Position numbers and translations under genes: made by a program
Assembly: GCA_030704615.1 (NCBI GenBank)
Contig: CM060731.1
Location: 55,180,001 to 55,244,000 of the forward strand
DNA length: 64,000 nt
DNA from: Takakia lepidozioides
Lineage: Eukaryota; Plantae; Bryophyta
Direction: 5' to 3'
Shown here: positions 24,697-36,757 of the stretch, one piece after another
Position numbering within the stretch: the stretch's first letter is position 1
Layout: every line of letters starts with the position of its first letter
The notes under the pieces: generated by a model
The model's input: only the letters and a program-made list of their open reading frames with translations
Database searches by the model: none
What the model was told of the DNA's origin: nothing

Positions 24697-27600
24697 ATCA
24701 AGTCCACCCAATGGCAATAGGCTTCCTAGAGGACAGGGAGACCAAATTAGCTACAAAGCCAGTACTGTACAAGAAACAAGCAACACTAGGACTAAAATGC
24801 AGCAGAGGGAGAGAGAGAGAGCGACGAGCTGAAAAGGTTCCCAATTACCTTCCATTAAGACCATCATGGTATCTGTGGACCCAGCCATGAGGCCCTTGAC
24901 ACAGTCCCCAGTAAATACTGATTGGGTAACTGCACATGCAAGAACACGAAATGTCGACATTCTTTTCATTCCGTGCATGACCTACAGAGAAAAGCCTCAA
25001 CCAACAAGAAATTTGTGCCCGGTATGCTCTCTTCTTTGAAATTGCAATGAAGGCCAGCCAATTGCAAAAGCTGAACATGAAGAACTACTAAGGTATATGC
25101 CAAGGATTATTTCACAGCACAGGCAATCTCTACCTGCAAGAGGGAAACCCCTGGCAGTGTCATTGGTGGTGATATGGGTCCCCTCATCAGGCAGGAGAAC
25201 TACATGGATCGAATACATGCCATCTGATATCCATATCTTCCTTTCTTCTGTCATCGCACCTTGCAAACAAAGTCAGAGTTTAAGAGAAAACAGCAATTTC
25301 CAAATATCCAAAATAGTACTTGCAACACAGCTGCCACCAGTTACAATCTGCAGGAGAATGGATGACACTTTCACAATGTTAATCCTCAAGACCTGAGGGT
25401 GCATATCCTGCTTCACCCCTGTCCAATTACAGTTGAAGCAGTTGGACATTACCCTCATTGCATAGACTTATGAGTAATGCGCCTAGGTAGATGATGCAAC
25501 CCTGTGTGCAAGTTCTCTGTATGATAACAAAGATATCCCCTTCATTTCTCTTCAGCGGAGACAAGGGGACGTTCATAGAGTTGCAGCGACCTTACTGCAT
25601 GACTAATGCCACAACTGATAAATGTCGAAATTTCTGCTTTGGCCAAGCTTATAGCCTGTTTAATAAGAAATCCTGATGAAATGAACTGATCACCATGGGT
25701 TCTAGAATTTCACTCAATCAAAATCCGGCAACCCCCAAAGTACAAGATGTCAACTACCAGAGGATGCACCAGCAGAAACACTCGCAAAGGGGGCAGGAAG
25801 AACAGCCATTGAAGCCACCAGCATTGAGCTACTCAAATGCCGCATTGTTGGTAGAGATCCGTTGTTAGTACCGACCTCCCCTGCCTCCTGCAACTCCTGT
25901 AGGGTCAATAGATGCAATCGCCCCCTTGAATCCAGAACCACATACTTCTTCAGACTGAGTGCATGCATCTCCACCACTTGCGAGGGTGATGGTTCCCTGC
26001 GTGTATTAGTCTTCGAGGGAGGTACTTGTATCACCGGCCAGCCACCTGGGCTCAACTTCGATAAAAGTCCCTGCTGGTTTGAGGGGTGCCATATGGGGAA
26101 ATGGGAGACAGCAGCTCCCTTCTTGGCCTCTCCCTCTCTCAACTCCACAAATACGGGACCAGTACCTACTGGTTCTCCTATAGTGGCTGCACCTATCCTG
26201 TCAAGTGCAGTCAAGCTGCCTGAGGAAGGCACCACGTCAGCATCCAGAAGAGAGCCTCTTGGACTGGAGTGGATGTAAGTGCAGGGTTGTTGGAGCTTTG
26301 ACTGGGCCTCCATAGTCGGCACTAATCCATTCCTTTGGCGTGTACCTGCTGCTTTCAGGAGCAGCTCAGCCACTGCACCACTACCAATGGTTTCTGCAAA
26401 CAAGAAACAGCACCATACGAATTTCCCATTCAGCTTCTGATGCTGGACTAGGCCACTAAAAGCTGGCAAACAGAGGTCTAATCTGATGCATCCTACACCC
26501 ATTTAGATTGAGGAATCTCATAGCACCGAAAGTCTAAAAAGGTAAATCTTCCTAGAACTCAACATGGAATGTCCTAACCATTTCTCTCTCTCTCCTGCCC
26601 TGGCCCTGTTGGGGTCTAACTGCTGGGCAGATCACACACAACATATTGATGCTTGTGTGAAGGGTTTTCTAGCGGAACTCTGCAAAGCCCGAACAATTGT
26701 TTATCACATTAAGTCCCCTTACTGGAGTGAGCCCCTCACAAGATAGTCTGTTCCCTCTTGTTCCACCCAAACTGGGCGAGGACTCTATGGCCACAAGGCT
26801 ACAGCAAAATACGTTTTAAGAGTACATTCGCTCTACAGCTTGCTCCGCCCAGCAAGCCGCCCAAACTGGGCGCAGGTCTATGGCCATAAGGCTATGGAAA
26901 ACGTCTTATGAGTACTCTCTCTCTCTCTCTAAAAACCTTTGGACTTTGGATGACCTCAAGGGTCTACCCACTCTCGGCACTAGACTGAAATTTAAACTCA
27001 GGGCAGAAAGCCTACCTTTGAATAGCAAACAGAAGCAGAGAGGAAAGGGAGAGTGCAATTGCCCATTGTGTGGGCAATCTGAAGACAGTATTCATTTTCT
27101 GATACACTGTCCGGGGTTCTCTCACCAAAGACGCCCTCTTCAACTTTATCAAGGGAATTGTGCCTGTACCCCTGTTTACCAACTTTGAAAGTCTCGAGGC
27201 TGAGCCAAAAGCCCAGGCCCTCCTGAGGCCTAGTTTTTGGGCAAATCACACACAACAGATTGATGCTTGTGTGAAGGGATTTCTAGAGGATATCTGGAAA
27301 ACCCGGATTAATTCTTTATATGAAGGTAAGTCTTACTACCAACGTCAGCCCCTGGCAGAGGTAGGTTCTGTCCCTTTTGTTCCCGCTCAAACTGGGCGCG
27401 GGGTCAATGGCCACAAGGCTACGGCAAACAATGTCTTATGAGTACAATCTAAAAACCTTTGGCTGGATTATCCCCTTCTTTATGGGTTGTCCTAGGGACC
27501 CCTAAGTTAGGGATTAAATGACTTACCAAACCTTAATATGCAGCAATGATATAAATTGTTTTGGAGGCTATGGTATCCACAATCTCCCACCAAAAAGGAT

Positions 27601-30600
27601 GACATATGTAGATCTACTTAATATGGTACGTCCAAATCTGAAAACAGTTATACACTGTGGATGGTCTATTAAATAGAGTTAGTACTAACCCTATCCGTAA
27701 AACACTCTGATTTAAATAGGTGGCAGCAAATGTTGAGTTTAGCAGTGTGGGGCTGACGGGCAAGGTAAGCTCGGTACTCGTTTTCTCCTTGAAGGCGCAG
27801 TCATAACTTTAGGGGCAGCAAGATTCAAAGAGCTGGATACAAGAAGGGTTATGGAGTACAAAGGGCCACGAGCAGGAAGTTGCATTTAGTTCTTTTCTTG
27901 CAGTTGCTTTCTATTGCATGACTACCAGCCCTTATGTTTGCGGATGACTTCGCAGGCATAGGGGAGACTCCAACCAATCTCCAGGAGTTGATTGATTGCG
28001 CGAAGAGATACTTTGATCTATGGGGGCTAGAAGCTAATGTCAGGAAATGTGCAGTGGTGGCATTCAACGACAGAGGAGAGGGAGGAAGTGATCTTAAGTG
28101 GCAGTGGGGTAGCCAAGAGATCCCGATCCTCCCTTCCTACACTTACCTGGGCGTTGAGTTTTCCTCCAATTGTAATTGGGATGCACATATCCAGAAAGTT
28201 GTTCAAACTGGCAAGGGCAAAGCTCTGGGGCTCACTAAATTTTTCCACTGCAGAGGGGTCAACTCTGAGGTTAAGAAAACCATGCTTTGTCACGTTATTA
28301 GACCTGCCTTGGAGTACGGATCTGCAATATGGGTTGATAACTCCAACCAGGCTAAGTCTTTAGAATCCATTCAAGTGGGGGTGCTTAAGGAGTGTATGTC
28401 AGCATGCTCCAAAACAGCCAATGTGGCTGTTCGGGGTGAGTTTGGCATTCCGTCCTTAAGCTCCCGACGAGATGAATTCAAGGTCAGATAGTGGGGTCAG
28501 CTGCAACATATGTCCAACACCCGATATCCTAAGTTAATCGACTCTATATCTTGGAAACTGGACCGCCCTGTCAAACAGGCTAAGTCCTGGCAGAAGAGAG
28601 TAGAAGAGATTCTTAAGGACCTGGGCAATCTGAAGACAGTGCTCATTTTCTGATACACTGTCCGGGGTCCGGGGTTCTCTCACCAAAGAGACACTCTCTT
28701 CAAATCTATCGAGGGAATTGTGCCTGTACCTCTGTTTACCAACTTTGAAAGTCTCGAGGCTGAGCCAAAAGCCCAGGCCCTCCTGAGGCCTAGTTTTTGG
28801 GCAAATCACACACAGCAGATTGATGCTTGTGTGAAGGGATTTCTAGAGGATATCTGGAAAACCCGGATTAATTCTATATATGAAGGTAAGTCTTACTACC
28901 AACGTCAGCCCCTGACAGAGGTAGGTTCTGTCCCTTTTGTTTCTGCTCAAACTGGGCGCAGGGTCAATGGCCACAAGGCTACAGCAAACAACGTCTTATG
29001 AGTACAATCTCTCTACATTTTCTCTAAAGTTTATTTGTCTTGTTATCTCTTTCTTGCAGTGAAATCAAAGCTCAGACAGCTCTGGAAAGAAAAGCATCAA
29101 AAGCTGTACTTGAGTGAAACAACTCAAGGCCGCGATGAACAGCCACATCACCGTGTGAAACAGAGCCCTCTGCATATCTATGTGAGTCTTCAAATGGAGT
29201 GTTGCCAGGGTCTTCATGCCTGCCAAAGTTGCTGTGCTGAACCCCTTCTCTACAATTGTCTGCCACTTCTTTCCCTACAAACCCCTAAGCCTGGTAACCA
29301 GGTATGATGTCGGAAGGGGATGGTGCAGCTTTGAACAAAGTCAAACAAAAATAAAACATCAAGGGACAAACCACACCAACAACTTCCATTTGAGTTAAGG
29401 GAGTGGGGCAAATTCTGAGTACCTTCTTGGGAAATCTTGCCTATTACTTCATCATTAATCCCTGTGATTTTTCCAAACAAGCCATTTTGTGTCTTCATAT
29501 CTGATCCAGACTCCAAAGCGCTTTCTTTCTCGTGGTCACCATGCAGTAGCCCACGGCCCATTTCCCACATGCCCTCATGGCGTGTCACCTCTTTTTCGAC
29601 CAATTGACGGTGTCCATCATACAAACCGTTCCTTGGACCTCCCTTGACCACTTCACTTTTCTCTTTTCCATGTAACATAAGTGGGCCTGACCCATTTGAG
29701 CTTTTTCCCTTTGAATCCAAACCACCATACTTTTCCACTTCTTTCTGCCACACTAGTTCATCCAGAAGATTGCAGAGGCCTACCTTACCAGTCTTTCCCT
29801 CCTCTATGTCACCTCCACGGTTGAGGATTTTCCCATCTTCCCACCTCCCAACCACATTGTCAGACTGACTCCCACCAATGCGAAGACTTCCAGCCTCAGA
29901 GACAGAAGAGGACAGACTTGAACTCTGCCTTGAGACTCCATGTGACATGGCCTTTGCACTCGGCCTGTCTTTCTCTCGCTTACCAGGTTTGATAAGTGGC
30001 CGAAGCAACCAAACCTTAACACCGCCAATCTGTCCAAGAAGTAAGTGCTGTGTAGACACATGAAGAGAATACACTGGCCCATTGCAGTCCAGCACAGCAC
30101 ACTTCATCAGAAGCAGCCCTCTTTGTCTCTCACCTTCCCGTCCACCCAAGTTGTCTCTCTCAACCTCCACTTGCACTTTATTTGGATCCCCATCTCGCCT
30201 GATTTCACTGCCTTCTCCAGCGCTATGTAGCACTTTGGATTCGACTGTCTGTCTGACACCTCCCTTCCCCTTGATGGCCAACTTGGCTGCCATAACCCAA
30301 ACCTTACCTGCAACAAAATTTACTCAAGTGAAGATTGTAAACTATCACTAGTTTTCAGTCACCTCCTAGCAGCAGATAGATTGCATAGTGTTTCCATCGT
30401 AGAATAAAACAGCCATCACACCAGTCAAGTGACCCATGCACTGACCAGGTGCAACAGCCCTGTTCCCACAATAAATGAGAGCTTGTCTTGCACTGCGTAA
30501 TTCTTCCCTCTCCCCCCCCCAACACCCCCCTTCTTATGTCTAGAAACAGTGTTGCGCCTGCCATGCAGCAGAGGCCGCCTGAAAGCAAACCCCACCAACC

Positions 30601-32037
30601 AGGCTAACATCCAAGAAAACCGACTCATCCAGTGATCGGTTACCACATATACAGGTGCACACCTCCATAATCCAAGGGCTAAACCATATTTCAGTAGAAA
30701 ATCAAAAGTGTCAACATACCGTGTCTACTTTTGCATACATCGAAGATACCCGCCCCCACAAAGGTACCTTCCTGCCTGTCAACTAGTATGTCACAAACCC
30801 CTTACAACTGTGCACATGACTCCACATCTCATATAATGAATGGTGGCTCCCAGGATAGTTGCATGCATCCAAAACTCAGACTGTTGAGTTGGATGTACCC
30901 TAATGGTCACCATCCACCGTATCACCCCGCTCCAAGTAAATACACTTTTCTTTCGCTACTTGAAGAACTACAATACCCTCAACTTTGAGCTTTCCCCAGT
31001 ATACTAAAGTGCCTTATGCACTCAGGACCCCAGCAAAATGTATGTGGCCCAGCTGCCGCACAGAGGCATCTTGACAATTGCTCAAAATATCTTGCTGAAG
31101 TTGTCAAAATCAGCCAAGCTACATAACAGTGACGCAAACATAACAAATGCTGGTACAAATTTATTGTCCCCACAAAGGTCCAGCAAAGCCAGATTGAGAA
31201 TCGTTAAGATGAAAACCAGCTCAGAGTGTCAAAGAAAGTAGAAAAAATGATTCCTTTGTATGCTGATGATGTCCACCGTCCATGATTTGCTCAAGAAAAC
31301 TACTAACCTGCAGAACTCGAATACAGAACAACCACATTGACTGACGCTCCCATCTTCACTGCAGCTCCATGGGGGGCATCGAGTCGAGAACGAATCCTGC
31401 GATGTATCATATACCTCTCTAATTCACCTGCCCCACCATCCCGGGTGTTCGAACTCTTCCCAGTACTTAACACAACATCTGCTTGAAGAAAAGAGGGAGG
31501 TTCACAAATCCAAGCTCTGAGGTCCGTGCATGAACCACCCTTCCCAGGACGTGCCGTTACTACATACAATTGGCCCATCCCTTCTCCCTTTCCAAATCCT
31601 TGCTCGCCGGCCCTCTCTTGTAGCACCTCTCTCACAGTCCGTTCGCTTGAAGCTGCTACTGAAGAGGCCTCCCTTGGTTTGGGATTCGTAGTAACTCCCT
31701 GCCCCTCCCCAGTAGTCCGTGGTAGACCTAAGGGTGCATCGAGTGTGCCTCCCCCTGAGACCGTCGGTGTCCCGGAGGTTACCCTAGCCACTACGGAAGG
31801 AAGAGCATTGGGAAGAGGGGAAGCGCCTGCAGGCACGCGGGCCTGCAGACGCAGAAAGCAAGCATCAGTGCATGGGGCGGAGACACACACAGGGGGGCAG
31901 AGAGGACATGCTAGAGACACCAGGAGACACGAGTTGTCGGCCAACAGGAAGGCCGAACACTGCGACCGGGTATCTACTACCGCCTTCACCACTTGCACCC
32001 GACGTGCTTCCAAAACTCGGAGCCTGTGCGCCTGCAT
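24697..32037 (-). CDS. Conserved uncharacterised plant protein, spliced. Exons approx. 32037-31308, 30307-29423, 26393-25758, 25259-25134, 24929-24849; last exon uncertain (about 24750-24697)
   Basis: Phase-consistent GT-AG junctions join the blocks HGAAVKMGASVNVVVLYSSSAG|KVWVM, CAVLDCNGPVYSLHVS..LLLG..GVKVWLLRPLIK, MHALSLKKYVVLDSRGRLHLL, IWISDGMYSIHV and VTQSVF. These resemble an uncharacterised land-plant family recalled from memory. Confidence 0.75.
26614..26930 (+). mobile_element. Two old degenerate 3' fragments of the LINE family in intron 2, ending in (CT)n
   Basis: WADHTQHIDACVKGFL remnant; two ggccacaaggcta...atgagtac ends; (CT)n tail at about 26915-26930. Confidence 0.75.
26943..27450 (+). 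mobile_element. 5'-truncated LINE copy with a 15-bp TSD
   Basis: TSD TCTAAAAACCTTTGG at 26928-26942 and 27448-27462; encodes the CCHC C-terminus. Confidence 0.9.
27922..29012 (+). mobile_element. 5'-truncated LINE copy (from FADD onward) with an internal deletion near 28622
   Basis: Near-identical to the reverse complement of about 21900-20533; KDL is joined directly to GQSEDS. Confidence 0.9.
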
Positions 32038-32499
32038 CCCATCCCTTCATCTGCTCTCAACGTTTCTCTTCCTCCCTCGTTGTCGCCCTTCCTCTGCTTG
32101 TGCGATCTGACTCCATATCCTCAACCGGATTCATGTGGCACAGCAGCACACAATAGGGAAGACGAAACGGAAGACCCTAACAGACGGAGATGCTTAGTGG
32201 AAGGGGCTGTGCGTGCAATGCTCTGCCCACCCCACCGAGCAGCGCAGCGCAGAGCGCACGCGAAGAAGGAGACGACGGACTGCACTTGGAAACTACGGTC
32301 AGGCCGCACGTCCTGGGTTCAAACCTGTGTTGCTCTGCTATATAGGTGAAGGCCACACAACCGTGCCCGGGACCCAAAATTCAAAACGCAGTTGAAATTT
32401 TAGAACCTACTCTGGCCCTCAGCCTCCTTATCGTTGAAACTTCTGCGTCCTTGCCTTTGCCCTCAACTCATCCCAAACAACTGTCCCTGCCTCCCTTGC

Positions 32500-32880
32500 T
32501 TTTTTACTCCGAGGGCCGCTTTACACTAGGGCCTAAGCCCAAGAAATCCCGGGCCCAATTTGTACCACTCTTGGGCTGGTCTTGGGCCAACTTCAACGGT
32601 CATGATCAAACAGCCATGATCACACAAAAATAATATATTTTAATACCAAACTTTTGAAGTTTGGCCCAAGAGGTGAGAGTTGGGTCTCCATTCTAGGACG
32701 GTTCCTTTTTCTTGGTCCGGCCCAAGAAGTTGGCGCCAAAACTTGTGCTATGTAAGAGCCATGTAGGCAAATGACCCACTTCCATTTTCTTGGGCTCGGG
32801 CCATAGTGTAAAGCCGTTGGGCCCAATTTTCAGGCCTCCGCCAATGGGAATGCTCCATTCTCACTTGGTCTTGGGCTTAC
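32500..32880 (-). promoter_or_regulatory. Putative proximal promoter of the host gene with a cluster of site II (TGGGCY/RGCCCA) motifs
   Basis: About 9 TGGGCC/GGCCCA/TGGGCT motifs, 0.5-0.85 kb upstream of the ATG at 32037. Confidence 0.45.
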
Positions 32881-35800
32881 TCTTTCCTCCTCGTTTGTGC
32901 TCTTTTCCAGCTAGTATGCTATGATATCGGGGATGTACCCCCCTAGTAAGCCTCCACAGCCCTTGGGGTGGTTATTTCCAGTGTTGTATTGGTATTGAAT
33001 TTTTAACATATCAGCCGGGTCTGGGGCTTGATTTGTTTTTAAATGTGACCACTGGTATGGCCATTGGTATTGCAGAACAAGGATTTCTGAAATACAATAT
33101 TGGTATAAGTATTGCTTTTTGCAAGAACCAGTATGTGGTATCAATAGTAGGGTTTGGAATTGTGCAATACCAGACAAATATCAACTCGGGTATGAAGTTT
33201 ATTCTCACGACAGATAGGCTGAATTCCATGTGACATCAAGGGTTTCCAATACATACATAGGCATACCCAGCCACGATTTATCCATTGTCACTTCTTTGCA
33301 ACAACCGTCGCCTTCGCAATACGCCCAGTGAGCTTTCTTCTTTGTCCTTTGGTTTCTTTCCATTCTATTTTCCGGTCTTCTCTGCTTTCTTATTCTTAAT
33401 CTGTCTGTCGTTCATTGCCACTGCATCTCTTGTTTGATTCTACAGCCATGGAGGATGCTTGTGAAAAGGGTGGAGCGGACTGGTTGCATTTCGTGCACAA
33501 GTCCAGGTTAAAGGAGCAAAGGTACTGGTACTCACCTAAGGAGTATGATGCGAAAATAGTCGAAGCACTCTTAGACCTCCGCGCAATCAAGCCTGCGGAC
33601 TCCAACTGGCAGAATGATAAGCTCCACTGTCTCTTCTATAGTGAAATTATGAAGGACAAAGTGCAGCTAAACCGCCATCGTGTTGACACGGGTTGCAAAA
33701 ACAAACGCCACATGTAATCGCCTTCATGGCCTTCTCACATGGTTATTTTTTTCCATGTCTCTTTAATATGATATATAGGGCCTCCATTCATTTTGTATTT
33801 ATTTTTAAACTGGACCGAGACCCTAGAAAATTTATTAATAATGGCATTGGAGATATAGTAGGTGGGAGAAATAACCAGTGTTGTACAGATATTGGGTTAA
33901 GCAGATTGCAGTTAGGATGAGAAATTTGTTAGATTTGGGGTGGCTGTGTAATTGCAGCTGTGATTACACCAAGGACGGCGTGGGTAGCATCCAGACCAGT
34001 TCTCTTAGGGGAAAGCTTTGAAAGCACAGTACAATCCACTGTCTAAGTGACAGCAAGCCAAGATCCTACTAAGGTGTGATACTGGAGAGATTTAAACGAA
34101 GCAAGACCAACTCTACAAGGAATTGATCACTCAAGAGGAAGAGGAACCTGCAATATCAGAGTCAACACATACCCTACTGAAGTGATGTACTCTAAGAAAG
34201 GACCAGGAGATAGAGCCGATAACAAAGTGGCAATTGCAGAACAGAAAGGAGTGTGGAGTGTAGCGTTTGCGACAAACAGGCTCAAAATTCAGATGGGCTT
34301 TTACTTTGGAGTCTCTATTCTTTCAGTGGCGCCAATTGATCTCCTCATCGTGCTATGCAGGAGATGGCCAGGGGCTTGGGGGGTCACCATTGTCCCCCGT
34401 TCTTTTGAAAAAAACAAAAAACAAAAACAAATACAATACACATAAAGAATAAATATACATCAGTACAAGTATCTAGGCATGTGTAAACATGAATTAGTGT
34501 AGTACACATACCAGAGTAAATGAGGAAGAGGCCAGGGAAGTACTGATATTGTGGCTGGTATGAAAAAACTGATATCAGCCTCGTCTGGTACATGACCAAA
34601 TATTCTCCAAAATGATACCAAACTGGTTTATCTCATACCAGTGCATATACAAGTACTTTATACCAGTTGCCAAAACTTTGAATGCATGTTAATTTTTAAA
34701 TAAAAAATTCATGAGAGTTCAAATAACATTTCCTTAAAAATGCTTAAACATGTTCACATGTTCCTGTACTACATGGGCTGCTTTGAGGTTTTCTGCCTCA
34801 TAATTTAAATATATATTCTAAAATATAAAAATAATTTATTATTTTTGTAAAAATAATTTTTTTGATAATTGATTAAAAAATAATAATGATGATTGGTAAA
34901 TCCAAAAATAATAACTAATTATCCTATGATCTATACCGGAATTTATTGCAACCCTCAGTCCAGAATATTATGTTATATCATTTTAAAGCATTATGAATTG
35001 GGCACATATCGAATTATCCCTTTCTGTTCTACAGCTATTCTGGCTTCAAATCAAAACAATACGTAATAGGCCATAAATCCTACATGCTTATGAATTTCTC
35101 ATTGAAATTTCTTATACAAGGCATCTATTATACTCTACACGTTTTCCTATTTTTTCATAATTTTTTGATATAATTTGAAATGTTAATGATATTTTCTGTG
35201 TTTAGTTCCGGAAAATGCATTGCAAATATAAAATCAAATACCTAAATGTATCCAAAAAATCTAAAACTTTCACAAAAACATTAAATTATAGTGTACTTCA
35301 ACTTTCTTGTTCTTTTGTAGTCACCATGTGTCTAAACTAGGCAATCTGATTTTCTAGGGCCCCGGCCGCACTGCCCGATTTAGTCGTGGCTAAGTGGAGT
35401 TTAACCAAGACTATGTTTATTTAGCTGCCGCACTAGGCAATTTAGCCGTGGCTAAATCTTAGCCACAACTAAGCCAAGCTAAGGTACGCTGCCTAATTGT
35501 CCCTACTTTTAACCCTTACACACACACCCCCCCCCAATGTATTAAAGTTAGCCCACGCGGGCAAAATGACGAAATTTTCACCTCCCCGTGAAGTAGACGG
35601 CTGGCAAAGTTTGCTGTTGTGCGTGTATTGAAATCAAAACCAGAGATACAATCATTTTTGGTTTTTGACAAAAATCGCCAGTTTTCGCGTGGAGGCTGAT
35701 CACTCGTGTGCAAAAGAAGGAAAGTCGTATGTGTTGTTTCTGAGGTGATTTCCTGAAATGCATGAACAGCCCCGTTGGGCTTTTGAGCTGCAATATAGAC

Positions 35801-36189
35801 GAACAGCAGTACAGTAGCGTGGAAGAAAGACACAAAGAGACGTACAGACTTGGAATAGGTATCAATCAAACAAGTGGACTATGTGTTAGACTGAGAAAAT
35901 GTCCTTAAAAGATAGGTAAAAAATTTCAAATGAGAAATTGCTTTATTCCAGTTTGTACAAACAAGAGTGGGACTCTAGGAATCTCCAAGGAAAATGATAT
36001 GAATTACAATGAAGGCGGCGGGCTTTGTACTACGGGCGACGTCCAACCTCTCGCATGGCCAAACTTAAGCTCCAGCAGGAGATTCCATTGTCTTGCTCAC
36101 AACCCGCGCCAACTGAAACCGAGCACTCTCAGGCAAGCCACTTCCTCTTTCGCTTTGTGTAACACGTGCGGTTTTCTTCGTTTTTTGGT

Positions 36190-36455
36190 TTGTTTTCGCA
36201 TCTTCAGCCTGGCAGCCCTGGAAGCGCATGGTTGCATTGCAAAAGCACGAGTTGTTGAGAAGAATGATCAAGGTCAGAGTGGTTAGAAAGGAGCCAGGTC
36301 GTTGCTGCATTCAGATTTGCAACAGGGTGCACACCTAGCTGTAGATAATAGGTTGCATCTCGGAATTAAGGAAATCCATGCTGAGCTGAGAAGATTGTCT
36401 GAGCAGATGAAGTGCCTTCAAAACATTTCACCCTGTTTTCCCGTCTTATGGAATT
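36190..36455 (+). pseudogene. Captured PPR / E-E+ gene fragments inside the element
   Basis: SLAALE..HGCIAKA, RKEPG and KEIHAELRRLSEQMK match the PPR pseudogenes at 42-44 kb and 53-55 kb; mirrored at about 62020-62290. Confidence 0.75.
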
Positions 36456-36757
36456 CGTGTTCATTTGTTCATCGTGTTTCATGTTACTAGTTGAGTGAAC
36501 CTTAGATAGTTTGCAATGTGTGTGCAAAGCCGGCAGCTCTGGAGAAGGCTGCTTGTGCATGTCATTCTTAGGCATTGGTTCGATTTGTTTTCATTGTTGT
36601 TCCATGCCACTCCATACTTGGTTTTTTTTTGTTTTCATTGTTGTTCCACGATTGTTGCGATGGTGGTTGCGGTGCTCGTTGCGATGGTGGTTTTCATTCC
36701 GATGTTGGTTCTCACGATTTTTGGGGATGACAGAGTGACGACGAGCCCGGCACGCTG

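Noticed and set aside
33877-34440. Possible LTR end followed by a PBS-like TGGCGCC near 34327
   Set aside because: No second LTR, TSD or coding sequence
35356-35490. Harbinger/MITE-like end GGGCCCCGGCCGCACT with internal repeats
   Set aside because: No partner TIR found
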